A DNA stretch of 63,594 nt, the filler included, from Klebsormidium nitens (Eukaryota > Plantae > Klebsormidiophyceae): NCBI GenBank assembly GCA_000708835.1. It is 6 parts of 6 records of this genome, joined end to end, with 100 filler letters (N's around TTAATTAATTAA, not from the genome) between each part and the next. Parts side by side here need not be neighbours in the genome. Positions count along the whole stretch, not along the records: positions 34,994 to 52,441 come from DF237880.1; positions 52,542 to 61,521 come from DF237887.1; 4 more parts are not named here. One strand, 5' to 3'. Below the pieces are notes generated by a model. That model saw only the letters and a list, made by a program, of their open reading frames with translations, had not been told where the DNA came from and ran no database searches. Shown in pieces: positions 46,900 to 60,200 of the stretch; within the stretch, counting starts at the first letter, position 1, and each line of letters starts with the position of its first letter. The position numbers and the translations under genes were made by a program.

Positions 46900-47468
46900 C
46901 TCGGGGTGGCAACTCTCAATTTTAAAACATGGTATCTGCGGATTAAAACAAGGGGTTTGGCCGTTTTGGAACTTTAAAACGGCTTTTTAAAACGTTTTAA
47001 AACAGTTGTAAAACGGCATGAAAAGTCCAATTTGTATACTTTCCTTGTTTTTATGGCGGTTATTGGCTTGTCAGGGGCTCGTATGCAGCATTCATGCATC
47101 TTTACGTATAGTACGGCAACAAAACAGGTCATAAGGGCCTCGGGGTTTCAACTTTCCTTGTTTTAACACACTTTATGGGCGTTTTAAAACGTTTTGCTGT
47201 TCTGTTTGTTTTATAAAACGGGCTATTTTGAGATCCGTCTAACCCGCAGATACATGTATTAAGTTTTTGGCGTTTTTAAATGTTTTAAAACCGTTTTACT
47301 TTATGTGGGGGGGGCCAAATTTCAAAACCAGTAGTGTTTTGGACACTATAGACGAAGGGTTATACGATGGCATGAAACAAAACATCGGATGCATTTGATT
47401 TTTTGTCGTTTTAGGTGAAGGCAAAATAAAAACGCCATCTGTTTTAAAACCGGAGTTGCCACCCCGAG
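46900..47468. mobile_element. 569-bp hAT-like MITE (16-bp perfect TIR, 8-bp TSD)
   Basis: CTCGGGGTGGCAACTC / GAGTTGCCACCCCGAG; CTTCTGCC at 46892-46899 and 47469-47476. Removal restores VEDRQKLFDVLQRC. Confidence 0.92.
46932..47253. mobile_element. Possible nested MITE
   Basis: GTATCTGCGG / CCGCAGATAC with ATG on both flanks; many GTTTTAAAAC palindromes. Confidence 0.5.
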
Positions 47469-50400
47469 CTTCTGCCGGTCCTCAACGGACCCCGGAATGT
47501 TCTTGCACAATACTGGGCCCCGCTCCTGCATTTGCTTGCTTGGCGGCGCGCCCGGACAGTCTGCATGGTCAAGTGGATCCGTCAATATTATGCGAGCGCA
47601 GAATATGGACCGGTTTCCGAACCATCTGTTTGTTTCCATTAGGGGCAGGGCGTGCACGAAGGTGGCTTCAACAACAGAACAGAAAGGTCTTTCGTCAGGA
47701 CGGACTTATCAAATTAGATGAGAGAGAGGAAATGGTGCTAGACAATGCACCACGCCCCCAATCTGGTTGTCAACTCAAAGGGTACAATCACTTTACAATC
47801 CACACTCAGAATACTCACGCGGCACGACAACGTGATCCTCGACGACGAGCCCGAAGATGAAGATGAGATGCCCTCTTCCAGCATGACAACGTAGTCGACC
47901 ACACGCCGCGTGTACTCGACAGGGGTCAGGTCGCGGCCCACGTCAGCGCCAAGGTTCTTTCGCGCCTAGAGCTCCTCGCCGGACCCAAACGGCGCCGCCT
48001 GGTTGATCGTCGTGACCGGCAGCTTGTCGGCGGCGGCAAATTTCTTGAGCATTTTGACGGCAGAGTTTGCCAGGGGTGGCTGCAATGGAACCAGAAAACC
48101 CGACATGAGAGGGGCCATCGAATTGCAATGAAGTTCCATACTGTTCCTTTCTTCCTGTGGAGGACAACGTTGCGCCCCTGCGCACTTCTTCAAAACCTGC
48201 CGAACTCTAGTTAGGAACTTCTTACTTGTCCTCTCACCGACACACGTGCGTGTCCTATCACACCGAGTAGCAGATCACACATCCTCGAACCGACGTGGCA
48301 CGTTTGACTGACAACTAGAAGGGCTAGCCGCGCGCCTCTGAAATGCTTCTGACGTCCAGGCCCCTCGATAAATTCGTACACCTCCTTTTAGGCCGGCTCT
48401 TCATAACAAAGATTGACCCACCCAATCCGCTGATAGTCAAACTCACCAGCAGCTGCGGCCATGCATGGTGCTCCCCGTGCTGATCAGGCTCCCCGGCACC
48501 GCCATAATCGTCCAGCGTGCGGCCCTCGTAAACAGCGAGCAGCTTCTGTTCTCCCAGGAAGGTAATCTTCTGCGGGTCGAACATCTCCATGACCAGCAGC
48601 GCCTTCTCGACGCTCGTCCTCTTGATCACTGGGTGGATGCCGCGCCAGGTTCAAGCCCGAGAGCAAGCGCCGCCTCATACTCGTCGAGCACGTGGATAAG
48701 CGCCGACATCATCATGAGCTTCCCGACACCTTTTCCCAGTAGACCTGCAAGAGGCTCGGGGCGCACTTATGATGATGTTCCTGGTCACTATCCTGTTGAC
48801 ACATTTGCAGCTGATTTCACTGTTTTGGAAGATGGATCTGGGCAAGCTCCGGCCACACAAAGTCGGGTGAGAATTGCATAGTTTGGAAAGCTCGAACAAA
48901 TTGTATCATGGATCTTACACAGGACAATCAGTGTGTCTAAGATGTCTTAACAATCCCATTGTAGTTCTAAGAATTATGCTCACTGCTTCAAAAGCCACCC
49001 AGCGGCTTAGCGGACGCCTGCCATTTTCACAAAATGCAGAACCTGCACCGCCCCGCAACCAGCGACAAGCAGCACCTCCCCAACAATCAGACCCACCGAC
49101 ATTAATTCCAAATGCTCTCGACCACTCAATCAAAGACTTCAGTGGAAGCTCACTCAAGCTCTTCCTCAGGCCCATCCGCTCGCAGACTGTCGAGGCCTTG
49201 TTGAAGCGTCGAAACTGCTCGCCCAACAGCTTGAACGCTTCGTCGCTCAACGTGTAGTATGCCGTGATTGCCTGGCCCAGCATGTTGGACTCGGTGTCGG
49301 TGATATCCGTCCGGTGGTGGCAGCGAAAAACGTTGAAGAGCACCTGCAAAACAAAGGTAAAGCTCAGACGGGATTTTGTTGTTGCCGTTTGAGATGGGCG
49401 GATGGGTCTACTTGAGAAGGTAGTATGGCCCTCAAAACTTGTCTGCGCATGACAAACTCGTGTCAGTGAACAATTGCATCAATGCTAGAACGGGTTTCGC
49501 ACCAGTTCGAAAGCAGGCTGCAACTGACAATGCTCTGAGCCACCTGGTTTATACAAAATCTGCACTTTATCTTGATAAGGGACCACAATTTTCGATTTTC
49601 CAAACAAGCGGATGATTGTTGTTTTCTGGTTTTCTACAAACCTGAACGCCTTCTCGGATCAGGCTTAGTCGGCTCCTTCCAGCGTACGTAAACAAGCCCT
49701 CTACAAAATAGATATGACGCGCTTAAAAGTCGGTCCCTACAAGATTTCCTAAGAAACCGCAAAGATGAACCATGATGCGTCCGCACAAAAATGCAAGCTG
49801 CAAACTGCCAATGAAAGTCAGCCATGAGAGGAGTTGCACATAACAAAACAAGCTAAAACCCTAGATTTTCACCACGACGACGGCCTCACATCAATCAGGT
49901 ACTCCTTGGCGGCAAAACGCACATGCTCTTCTTCCTCGCCGTCATCGCCACCCACTGGTTGCGAGTCGCTTTCAGGGAGCCCTTGCCGCGCTTGCAGCCA
50001 CTTTGACTTCTCCTTCTCTGACCACTGTCCCGGGGCCCTCTCGAAGCTGGGATCCGAGTCAGCTGATGACGACGCCCCCGCTGCATCATGTGCAGCCCGC
50101 ATGCCGTGCAATTGTGTGCCCGAGAAGACAAGCTGCTCATCATTGAGGGGTCTAGCAGGGACCTCAGGATGGCGCGCATCTGCGTTGCGGGAGGGGTTCA
50201 CAACTTTCCGTCATGGCAGCGTCTCTGTTCGCAGCTCTAGGAGACTCTCGACTTGCACCCTACGTGGCGCCGTCATCTCAAACCGTCCGGACAGTCTCAT
50301 CGAGAGGTTCGTCTCGTTCGTGAGGAAGCTGAAGGCAATGTCTGGCTAATGCCGCCGCAGATCGCCACTCAGTGCTGTGCGCTTCAGTACATGCTGCGGC

Positions 50401-50687
50401 TCAGCTTCATTGTTGCCTCTAGCACCATTAGGCCACCCCCCACCGTCCTTCATGTCCAGCATCAGTGTATGCTCCTGCTTGGACCCATGCTTGCATACTG
50501 TGCCGGTGGCGGCCTGAACACCCATTTTTGGGGCTTCATTTGGATTCCTTCAGGCAGAGCCAATGCGCGCCTGAAATCCATCGCGCGCTATCTGGACAAG
50601 ACCATAAACGCTCGACTGCAAGACTTGGCGCGTTTCGCGCAACCTTCGAATCTTCTTTGAAGATTCATCAATTTCATATTCCAGTTA

Positions 50688-50822
50688 GTACGGGCCCCGT
50701 ACGGTACCACGGTGCCTCTGTACCACTCAGAGGTACCGTAGGTACGGTATTCGAATCATGCTACGGTACGGTACTGTTACAGGTACGACGGTATGTCCTT
50801 TGGTACGTACCGGACCTGTACG
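50688..50822. repeat. GTAC-dense palindromic cluster
   Basis: 12 GTAC in ~135 bp; followed by a self-complementary GAACC/GGTTC-rich block at ~50946-51073. Confidence 0.7.
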
Positions 50823-51313
50823 CAAAGTTTGAAGATTTTCAATCATTCATTCAGACTTCATTCAGGCTCCTCCTGAATCCTGAATTTCTGGAATATAAGC
50901 CTATGATCTGTGGTTAAACTTCAGTGTTAGCTTTTTGGTCCAAGTGAACCCGGGGGGCAGCCCACCGGGGGCTTCCAGAAATGAACCCTGAATGAACGTC
51001 AAGTGACTATTCATTCGGGGTTCATTCAGGGTTCTTCTGAACCCTGAACTTCTGAACCGGGCCCCCGGGGCTCGAACGGCCGTGGGTCTTCAATGTACAC
51101 TTTAATTTTATATAGGTGAATTTTGACTGAGACCCTTGTGCGCGACGGCAGGTACTGAGTGCATCATGCAGAATCGCAAGATTTTCGGAAACTTTCCGGT
51201 ACTTTCGCGCCTCGGCCGGTCGAGTTTTAGGTACCTACCCGGGCTCCGTGTACTAGGCAGACCTACTGGTACATTTCTTTCCCTATTGGTACCACCGTAA
51301 CGTACGGTTGCTA

Positions 51314-51449
51314 CCTAAAAACTGCGGAATGCAATTGCATCCAATCAAAAACGTAATGTCTGATTCTATAACGCCAGCGCACCCTCCGATATAGGTGTTT
51401 GGAGGGGCGCCAACGGCCAAGATCTCCTGTTTAGGGCCCGAGTTCGCCG
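51314..51449 (+). repeat. 136-bp direct repeat, second copy at 52304-52439
   Basis: Near-identical copies 990 bp apart; the second reaches the contig end. Confidence 0.9.
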
Positions 51450-54400
51450 GGATGCGGCTACGGGGCACGGAGATAACGTCGTATGCGGCCGAAGGCTGCG
51501 CTGTTGGCCCGGGGACTGTGGGTCAACGCGGTCTGAGGGTACGCCGGCGGGCGGGTCCAGCCAGGTTGCGCGCATTTAATGCGCGCGATGACTGCAACGA
51601 CTTGGTGGTCAGTGGAGTATTGCGGAGCAGTACTGGCTGCATTATGGCACTGCAGTAGAGTGGTCAGTGGCAGTGTCACTGGACTCACTGACTACTGTAC
51701 TGACTACTGCAGTACTGGCCGTTTCAGGCAAGGAGCGTCATAGCGACCTGGGAGAGGAGGGTGGGGCGAATTGAAGCATGTAGATTGGTGCTATTAAGAA
51801 TGGCGTTGCGGGGCGCTGGAGGTTCCTGGGAAAGAGGGTGCAAGCGTTGCAAGCCTTGCTATTGTAGGCGGGGCTGGAACCGGAAGTGTGGCGTTGGAAC
51901 TAGTGAAGGCCGAAAACAGGTAAGAACGTTGGTTCTTTTTATAGGTGTGGGTGGGTGGGTCGAAAATTACATTTTCTCGTCCCTAGAGGGCGCCTCGCCA
52001 GGCGCCTCCTCTTGCTTTTGAACAAACACGACCACTCAATTGAGGGTCTAACGCCACGAAATTATGTAACGTCTTCTAAACTAGCTGACGCCTCAGCGCC
52101 AGGGTTTTAGAGGTTTAACAGCCGTCGGCCGCTCGGCCGACGGGTTGCGCACGCGCGCGCTTAGTTTTCCCCCGGTCGGTTGAGTACGGCGGTTAGCACA
52201 GCTTATGCTACACCGAGAGCATTCCCGGTCCTAAAACACTGTAGGACTTGGGATCGTCCCGACCGTCGCAGATCTTATCGTGGGGGAAGCAAGCATTCCC
52301 CTGCCTAAAAACTGCGGAATGCAATTGCATCCAATCAAAAACGTAATGTCTGATTCTATAACGCCAGCGCACCCTCCGATATAGGTGTTTGGAGGGGCGC
52401 CAACGGCCAAGATCTCCTGTTATGGGCCCGAGTTCGCCGCTNNNNNNNNNNNNNNNNNNNNNNNNNNNNNNNNNNNNNNNNNNNNTTAATTAATTAANNN
52501 NNNNNNNNNNNNNNNNNNNNNNNNNNNNNNNNNNNNNNNNNACTTCTAACATGGCCCGAGTGGCAGTGCGCAAATACTTCTAACAATCAACAGAGCAGCA
52601 AGTGGAGGTGGGAGTATCGGACGCGCATGCCGTCGTGCCTCAAGAAGACTACACAGAGGTATGGACCCCATTCCCTGGAACATCTTACCCCTGGGCACTG
52701 AGGTACGACCGTCTTTTGTGAGAGTGGCGAGCGACCCGGACAAGAGGAAACTGCAATATGACAGTTGCATCAACATCTGTTGCAAATGAAGGCATCTTCT
52801 TCAAAGTTCGATGAATGGACAACTTTGGAAGTCGACTTTGACTTGGTGTTCTCCAGAATCATGGTTTTTTTTTTACAGCATTGTCATCTCTCCCTTGCCT
52901 CGTGGTATAAACATCATTATATGGATCTTGTTCTGAGGTTGATAGTTTAAAGCTTGTATAAAACCGGCCATCGTGGATCAAGGTTTTCAGCTCTAACCCG
53001 TCGAGAACGCATTCGAGAATATGCACTCTGCAAATCTTATGTCTCTGATGAGCTGGCCGCTTCAACTTCTGCCGCAATCAGGGTTGTTCGAAACACATTC
53101 GCAAGTTTTGTTCCACTTTCTTTGTGACTTGACTCTTCTTCAAAATCTGCTTACTGTCAGAAGGCACTGGACGTTTCCCTGGAGCCTTCCCTGCCACCCA
53201 AGAGCCACTGTAGCCCTGCGGTGGCACTATGGGAGCAAGTGGCAGCAACAGAGATGGAGGCCTCCCAGGCGATCCTCAAAGCAAAGCATCTGCGAGCGGA
53301 GGCCCAGAGGGCAGAATGCGGAAAGGTCAGCATATCTTCTGGCAAACAATGTCTGCGGAGCCTGTCAGGGAGTGATTGCCAGCATTCCTTTCTGCCTCTC
53401 TAGATGGCGCAAAGTTTTAGCATTGGCGTCAGTCCATATTGTTGAGACAGCTGGCGGAGCACCACAACTAACAGAGACACTGTCAAAGGGCGTTTTCAAT
53501 CGATTGTGGGTGACAAAGACCTTGCATTGTCTTCACAGCAACTTCATATGCATCAATGATAGAAGTAGCTTGTTTAGAACCTGGCGTGCTGTTGTCCGCA
53601 ACGGCACACTGGCAACTGCTGCTATAACCCCTCATTACAACATCACTGCACGTCGTCACTGAAAGGAAGCCTGACATGCATAATTTCCAGGACGTTCTCA
53701 TTTCGAGATCAAGATAGTAGACACCTGATCTGTGGTCTTCGTTGGCAGGCCAAGCCCTTCAGGACACTCTCGTACTTGGTATTTGTCGGCACTGGTCTTT
53801 TCCTCAAAATCATTTCTCCATCGCTGTGCAGGCTGACCTCCAAGCCCAGGTAGCAGTACTTCCAAGCAGCACGGGGACAGCAGGGCCTCTGGTGGACATG
53901 GTGTCGACACCTATCCAGGCCACACCGCATCCTTCGGGAGTGGAGGCGCATTTGAACGGTGGCCTTATGACAAAACTGTTGAAACAGCAGAGGCTAAACG
54001 CTGCGCAGATATGCATCTCTCAAAAGCGCCTGGCTTTGAGTTTTCTCGATGCTCAGCTTTGCAACTTCACTCGTAGACTGCCATTCTCTGGTTTACATTG
54101 CACGCCGCGCTCTTTTTCCTCAGCGTATCGCGCTCCACCATGCGCGCGAAGACCGGGCTGTCAGCATTCCAGACGGACGGAGCTCGTGCACAGGTGCCGT
54201 TAGTAAAGGCGCTCGGGGCCCTTGCCACATCGTAGTCGCCTTATCTCGTCTTTTTTGCATACAGTTTCATCCTTTACTCGTCCTGTTTCTGTATCACTTT
54301 CTAAGTGCATGTCTCTGTCCACCATTGCAAGACATTTTCAGATGGCTACTCAAGCCTAAATACCCTGAAACATTCTCACGAGGTTCAAGGGAACCCTCGA

Positions 54401-54490
54401 ACGAAACGGACTTGTCCTCCATCCTATCCTTTCAAATACCAACGCACATTCCTCTGACCCCGTTGAATCAGTTCTCTCCCTGTCTGTGCA

Positions 54491-54797
54491 GAAAGCAGGT
54501 CCGTCCGTGGTAGTAGCACCCCCCGTCTTCCAGTCCTGCGATCTAACAGGCAGCACGGCCCATGGAAAGCCCCAGCACATTGCATGCCTGGGCCTGGAAG
54601 CCCCTCCAAACCCTCTTTGTCCCGACCCCGAGGCAGACCCGGAGGAAGACGGCAGCCTGACGTCGGCGTATGGCGGTGCGTTGGGAGCGTCTGCAGACTT
54701 CACTGCCCCAAGTGACGGCCGCCGGCAGTACGGTCTGCGCAGCAGAGAGACTGATCGCAAGGGGAAAGCGAAGGTGCGGATGCGTTCTCGTTTCTAG
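54491..54797 (+). pseudogene. Terminal-exon-like ORF, unknown
   Basis: Acceptor-like TGTGCAG then ...DPEADPEEDG...DRKGKAKVRMRSRF*; upstream exons not resolved. Confidence 0.3.
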
Positions 54798-54799
54798 GA

Positions 54800-55700
54800 C
54801 TGTGCAGAACTGCAAGCTTGCTGAGTTCTGTTAGGTATCGACCAGTATTGTGAGGCCGCATTTGGAAGGTGGTCGGAAGCGGTTGCTTCTGCATTTTCAG
54901 AGTTGGAGGATGTTGTTGTAGTATCTGTTCTGAATTGTTGAATTGTGTGAGTAGGGCAGGGCTTGAGCAGGTACTTACTATGAACGGCTGAAGGACTTGG
55001 CAGAGAAGTACCATCCACAAAAATCACCTGGATCTTCACGACCTTGCGCCAAGGTTTCTCTTTCGTCTAGACATTGGCATCGAAAGCCGTGGGCTGACAA
55101 CAAATGTTACTAGTAGACCAAGAGTAGTTCAGACACAAGAAGAGCTGGGCATTGGTAGAGGCCTGTCTCTTTCTATTAGGAAAAGTTGATGCTCGGATAA
55201 GCCTTTTCATCTGCATATCTTGAATCGCCACAAGTCACCGGAGCCGGAACGTTGACAAGATACGGTCCCAAATTCCTACATAATTGATTTAAGAGACGTT
55301 CAGCGATGAGCTATGCTAGCATCAAATGTAGACCTTCCAAGTTCTACTTGAAGAGCTCAAGTACGAGTCTGACAATTATTTCGCCGTGGTCGTTCGCAGG
55401 TCCCTCGGGACGCCCCTTCCTCTTCACAAAATGTCACCGTCAATGAGGCGGGCCCCTCCGCAGTACCAACAAACACCCCTGGTGAGCATAAAAACGGCCT
55501 TAAGCTATTTGCGAAATATTTAACGAACGTGGATCACGTTGTAAGATTGTTATGAGCTGTTGATGAGATTGATGTTGCTTGGTTGAAGGGCAATCCAGCA
55601 ATCTTGACGGAGGATAATTCGCCAGACCGTAGTATTGGATAGACCTAAGTCCTTGAGTTGGCCAGGTGAATAGAGTTTGCCATCGTACAGAAATTTGCAG
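54800..55700 (-). pseudogene. Degenerate ORF divergent from the recombinase-like gene
   Basis: Protein-like frame with TAG/TAA interruptions (HGEIIVRLVLELFK*NLEGLHLMLA*LIAERLLNQLCRNLGPY). Confidence 0.3.
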
Positions 55701-55930
55701 GCAGAATCAGACTTCGGTGCAAAGGACCTTCTCCTCCAAAAAGCGTTGGCTCAAAGGCCCTGCAGGTAGCGCTGCGCACAGCTCTCAGCCTCATAACCCG
55801 CATTGGCCACCATGTGTATCACCTCAAGCTTCGCCCGCGTCAACAGAAAAGTGCTCCATCGTCAAATAGCAGAGTCCTTCCATTCTGCTCACAGACAACC
55901 CCGACCTAGAGCTTTTTGCTAATCTCCCAG

Positions 55931-57260
55931 GGACCACGCTCAAGTACGATGACGTCATGAGCCGGGTCATGCCGGCCCACGCCCGCTTCAAGCACGATCC
56001 CAGCCGCCTGGTCCGCATGACGAGGCGGCGGAAGCCCGCCTTCTCGTATGCGGCGAAGGTGCTGCATCTTTCCCCCAAAACGCAGGCGGATCTCGCCCGC
56101 TTCCACGCGTGGCTTCGGAAGCCCCCACCTACGTGGCAAGGGGGGCCAAACTGCAAGGACTCGGCGGTCAAGATCGTGGATCGCATCCGGGGGATGCTGG
56201 GCTGGCTGAGTTACATTGCGAAGCTCACCAACGTGGCTAACGTCAGGCTGCGGGACTTGGTGCCGTCGGCTGACGTGGGCGGCGCAACGCTGGCTCACGA
56301 GCACGTCAGGTGGTTGGCGGACGAGCGGGCGGCCGTCGAGTCGACGCTGCAGTGCGTCTACCGGAGCCTGCTGCACCTCGCCATGTATCTGTACCACACG
56401 GAATCCAATGTGAGTCATGACAACAGGAAGCATAAATGTGCTGCATGGCTTGCGGGGGCAGGTTTAGGTTCTCAGTTCGTCATTGTATTCTTTTCAAGTG
56501 GCAGGTTATTGTACGAGGTTCAAGTGTTGTGGAAGGAGTGGGTTTGCTGTTCTTGACTGCCTATCCTTGCAGCTGGGATTCATCTGGCAAGGGTCCGAGC
56601 TTCTGTAACGAATTTCTTGGCACTGCTAACACCTCGCTCGGTCAAAGCAGGTGCGCCTGGCTATTGAGGTTCCTTTACTTTAACACTGGTCTGCTTCGAG
56701 TCCTTATGAGAGGTCCTGTCAACCTCGGGATAGGCCTCTTCTGCTCGTCTCTCTTACGCCATCGACTCGGTGTCTTTCTTGCGACAATAATCAAGCGGAA
56801 GCTCTTGAATCAGTCGACAACGTCCGACTTGGGATGTTGCGTCAGACATGCCTTGTCTGAACATCGTGCAAAATCGAATTTTAAGTTCAAGACCGACTTC
56901 GAAGGAACAATTCGCTACCGAGCTTCGAATGGCTGTGTCCATCTGAACATGCGTTTTTCTTGATCGTCTGTGTCAGCTACACCCGCTCGGCGGGCAGCCC
57001 CCGTACGGCGACGTTGCGGTGATTGCCGTGCTCCGCAGCCACTCGGGCTTGCTGCAGCGCAAGGCCAAAAAGGCGCCCAAGGTGGCGGACCAGAAGACCA
57101 AGCTCGTGGCGTGGCCCGTCATCGTGGGGGTGCTGCTCAAGGTACGGGTTCCGACCTCTTTGAGTCGAGGATGATCAGGCGCAGGGGTTTGGGGAGTGGA
57201 ATGGGGCCCAACATGCGCTGTACTCTACAGGATGCTTGTCGGGCGTGGTGTGCGTAGGGC
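55931..57260 (+). pseudogene. Spliced, truncated tyrosine recombinase/integrase-like gene (N-terminal core-binding part only)
   Basis: Exons 55931-56409 and 56977-57141 join in phase 0 (YLYHTESN|LHPLGGQPPYGDVAVIAVLRS...KAPKVADQKTKLVAW); a third exon from 57231 has a TAG. Resembles, from memory, a cyanobacterial integrase family. No catalytic R-H-R-Y region seen. Confidence 0.6.
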
Positions 57261-60200
57261 ACAAAAACGGGGCATCCTTGCCGCGGGCCGCCAGGATTTT
57301 GTGGATCCCAAGGAACTTAAATCAGATGGCTGTCATTCTTGAAGCTCTGGAATTGGATGGACACATGTGGTCCTGAGGTCTGCCCGACCTCCTAAATAAA
57401 GCGGAGTCGTGTGGGTTTTTGGTCGGACCCTGCTCTTTTGATGTTACGTTGCTTTCCACTGTTGATCATTCTAAGTCGCTTGTTTACGAGCCCCACGGTA
57501 TGCTCACACTCTCACCTTGCTCTAGCAGGAATTGCGGGCATAATGTGCAGGACTGTACAAGAAGGGCTCCCCCAGAAAGGCGGCCTCTAACAAATCTTTT
57601 AAAGGCAAAGGTTGAGTTTCTATTTAAAGCGCTGTAGGAATCCAATTAACCGAACTGAGTACGCCTTGACGCATGCTCCGGATTCAGCTTTGTATAACAA
57701 AATGCAATGTATAAGGTCGTCAGTGACGCTTCGTTAAAAGAGCTAGGCGTAGTTTTCCTTCAGATGAGCGAGCGTTAGGAAGCTTTCTTCTGCCGAGCGA
57801 AATCACACGAAAAGTAACTTTAGATATTGTTGGAAATAATGTGCATGCTTTGCCCACTTGATGGAGTTCGTTCCTTGTGTTACGGATCACTGTCATAATA
57901 CTTTTTTGAAGACACAAGAGGACCTTTTAAGGCATCAAGCTCGTCGATTTGAGCGCTTTCATTGGTTCAATCTCGTGTTAGTTTTCGTTGAAGATACAAA
58001 TGTTGCCAATCCGTTGAGGCCGAAACCCTAATGTCGATTGGGGTTACCTAGCTAGAATAGGGCGGAGGCGAGGGCGTTCAACTTAAGTCGGTCGGCCAAC
58101 CTTCATAGAGTCGAACTTCTAGCAAGCTCTTGGAGGCTCATAGCTTTTATAGTGTGTTTAGTTGCCTAAGCTTCTTAAAGATGCAATCATTACAGCTTGG
58201 CCAAAAGTGATTGGCATTGCATATAAACAGCGGAAAGTCCAATAAACCGCATATCGGTGCGGAAGGTACCAACAAACGAAGTCTGAAGCGCTTGATTTTA
58301 AAGAAGGCGCAACCGCACGATGCGTGGTTCCATGGACGTCGTGGTTTCGAAATGACCCTACACACGGTTAGCGCCACTTCTGGTGGGTCTCTTGGAATTC
58401 GGTGATTATACTCAGCCGAATTACTATGGGATTAGGGTTCAACCCGTGTAGGGTTTGACTCGTGAGCGCAAACGTGCGTGTACGGTGGTTAGGCGGTTAA
58501 ACCGTTAGGCGGTTTGGAGGTTAGGCGGTTGAGAGCGGCCGTCAGTGTAAGCCGTAGATGGGAATTGAGTGTGACTGTGAGCTAGGTTAGTGAGCTTAGT
58601 AGAGTGTGACTAAAGCTAGTGAGCCTAGTGGAACGTAAGAGACCCGTAAGACTTATGGTGGTGGATACCACTAATGTGATACATCATTCTAAGAGAAGTT
58701 TGTAGAAAGCATGTGAGGCGCTTCGTGTGTTCTTCTTAGGATGCATGGCTGCCACCAATGACTGATAAGCATGGGTGTCGGGCGACACGATATTAGACAT
58801 AATGACGAGTATCTCGATCCCCCACCATGAGTTTCAACAGGGTCGAAGTACAAACTGGCGTGCAAAGTAATTAAACAGTGCGTGTCGAAGATATAAGTAC
58901 ATTGTGTGATTAAGATTGATGAACGGTCGGATCCATAAGACTAAGAGCAATGACATTTGGGACTCATGAGATCAACATCAAAGAGATTGAGGTTCTTATG
59001 GATTTAAGGAAAAGAAGTTGAGTGCATTGCAAACTAAGAGGAAAGAGATTGAGAGGTTGGCAGATTAATAGGAAAGAGCTGAGAGCTTGAGATAGGGAGC
59101 TTCTGAGAATTGAGCCGGGTAGCGAGAGCTTGAGACTGAGTTGCGGATTCACAGGAAATACACCAAGTAGTTGGTGAATAAAGACTAGACGGGTTTACAA
59201 GGACCTAAGAGGTTAAGATGGGATTTGGACCGTTCGATGGTAGTTGTTGAAAGTGATTGAAGCCAGGCCGTCGATTCGTATCTTAAGATGATAAAAAATC
59301 TAAGCTACGTTGAAGTAGCTACGAGACCTAGCTACGGGATTGGACTTGATTTGAAAATTGTCATCTGATGCAAAATCTTACTGAGAGTTGCTTGGTGAGA
59401 GTTAGAGCGCTCCCTTTCGTGAAAGCGCTAGTGTTTGAGGGTGGTTGAATCTCTCGTAGATTTCAGATCATGGTGTTATTTCAACAGATTATTGGCCCAC
59501 AACAACGCGTTCTAAATCAAGGGAATGCTGAGGTGGTTGTGAATTGAGAAGGAAGAGTGTTAAGATTCGGGCATTCAATGTGCGTTCAATCTCTTGGGCA
59601 ACGTCGACATAAATTTCTACAATGATCGGTAGTTAACGGTTGGCAATTCATTGCGCGCCGGGAACAACGTTCACCCAAATGACTTGTTGAGTAACCCCCG
59701 TACTGAGTAAGTTCGACAATCGTATGAAAACCCCTCCGCAAAACCTTTGGACTTAATTATCGGCTGTCAACTGAGCCTACTAGGCAATCAGTATAGACCT
59801 AGATTAAGATGTGACTCTACTGGACCGAGTCTAGCATAGCACACGGACTACATAGCTTTAGCACCGTTAGAGTCCGAACATTCGAGTTGTATTGTGTGAA
59901 TCTGATTATTCGATTATTCATCTCAAACAACGACGTGTTATAGGCCCACAGCGCACGACGGCGCACCACGGCGCCTACCACTGGACGGCTCAAGCATTCA
60001 ATAGTAGGCCTGCAGGAGGGTAAAAATTGAATATGTTGCGCCAAGATCAGCCAATGGTTCTCTCTTGTCAATGAAGGCATTGGTGGGTCTGCTTTATCGT
60101 GGATGCTCTTTAAGGTAAACGCCATCACCGGACACCTACAAAGCAATGTAGGTCGGAACAGCTTTGAGCCGTCCGGTGGGATATTTCGCCGAGATTCCGT

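Larger units (their letters stand above)
46208..50474 (-). pseudogene. Spliced DUF3987-like (phage/plasmid replicative helicase-related) pseudogene
   Basis: Exons 50474-49890, 49343-49154, ~48736-48452, ~48082-47816, ~47527-46770 and ~46470-46208, with mostly consistent phases. Motifs DGGGW...H*PD...LSGRFEMTAP and TLSDEAFKLL...LIHVL...IKRTSVEKALLVMEMF resemble DUF3987 as recalled. Several stops, a frameshift and a MITE insertion. Confidence 0.55.

Noticed and set aside
52542-54050. Fragmentary ORFs on both strands
   Set aside because: Protein-like patches, but no consistent frame, splice chain or motif.
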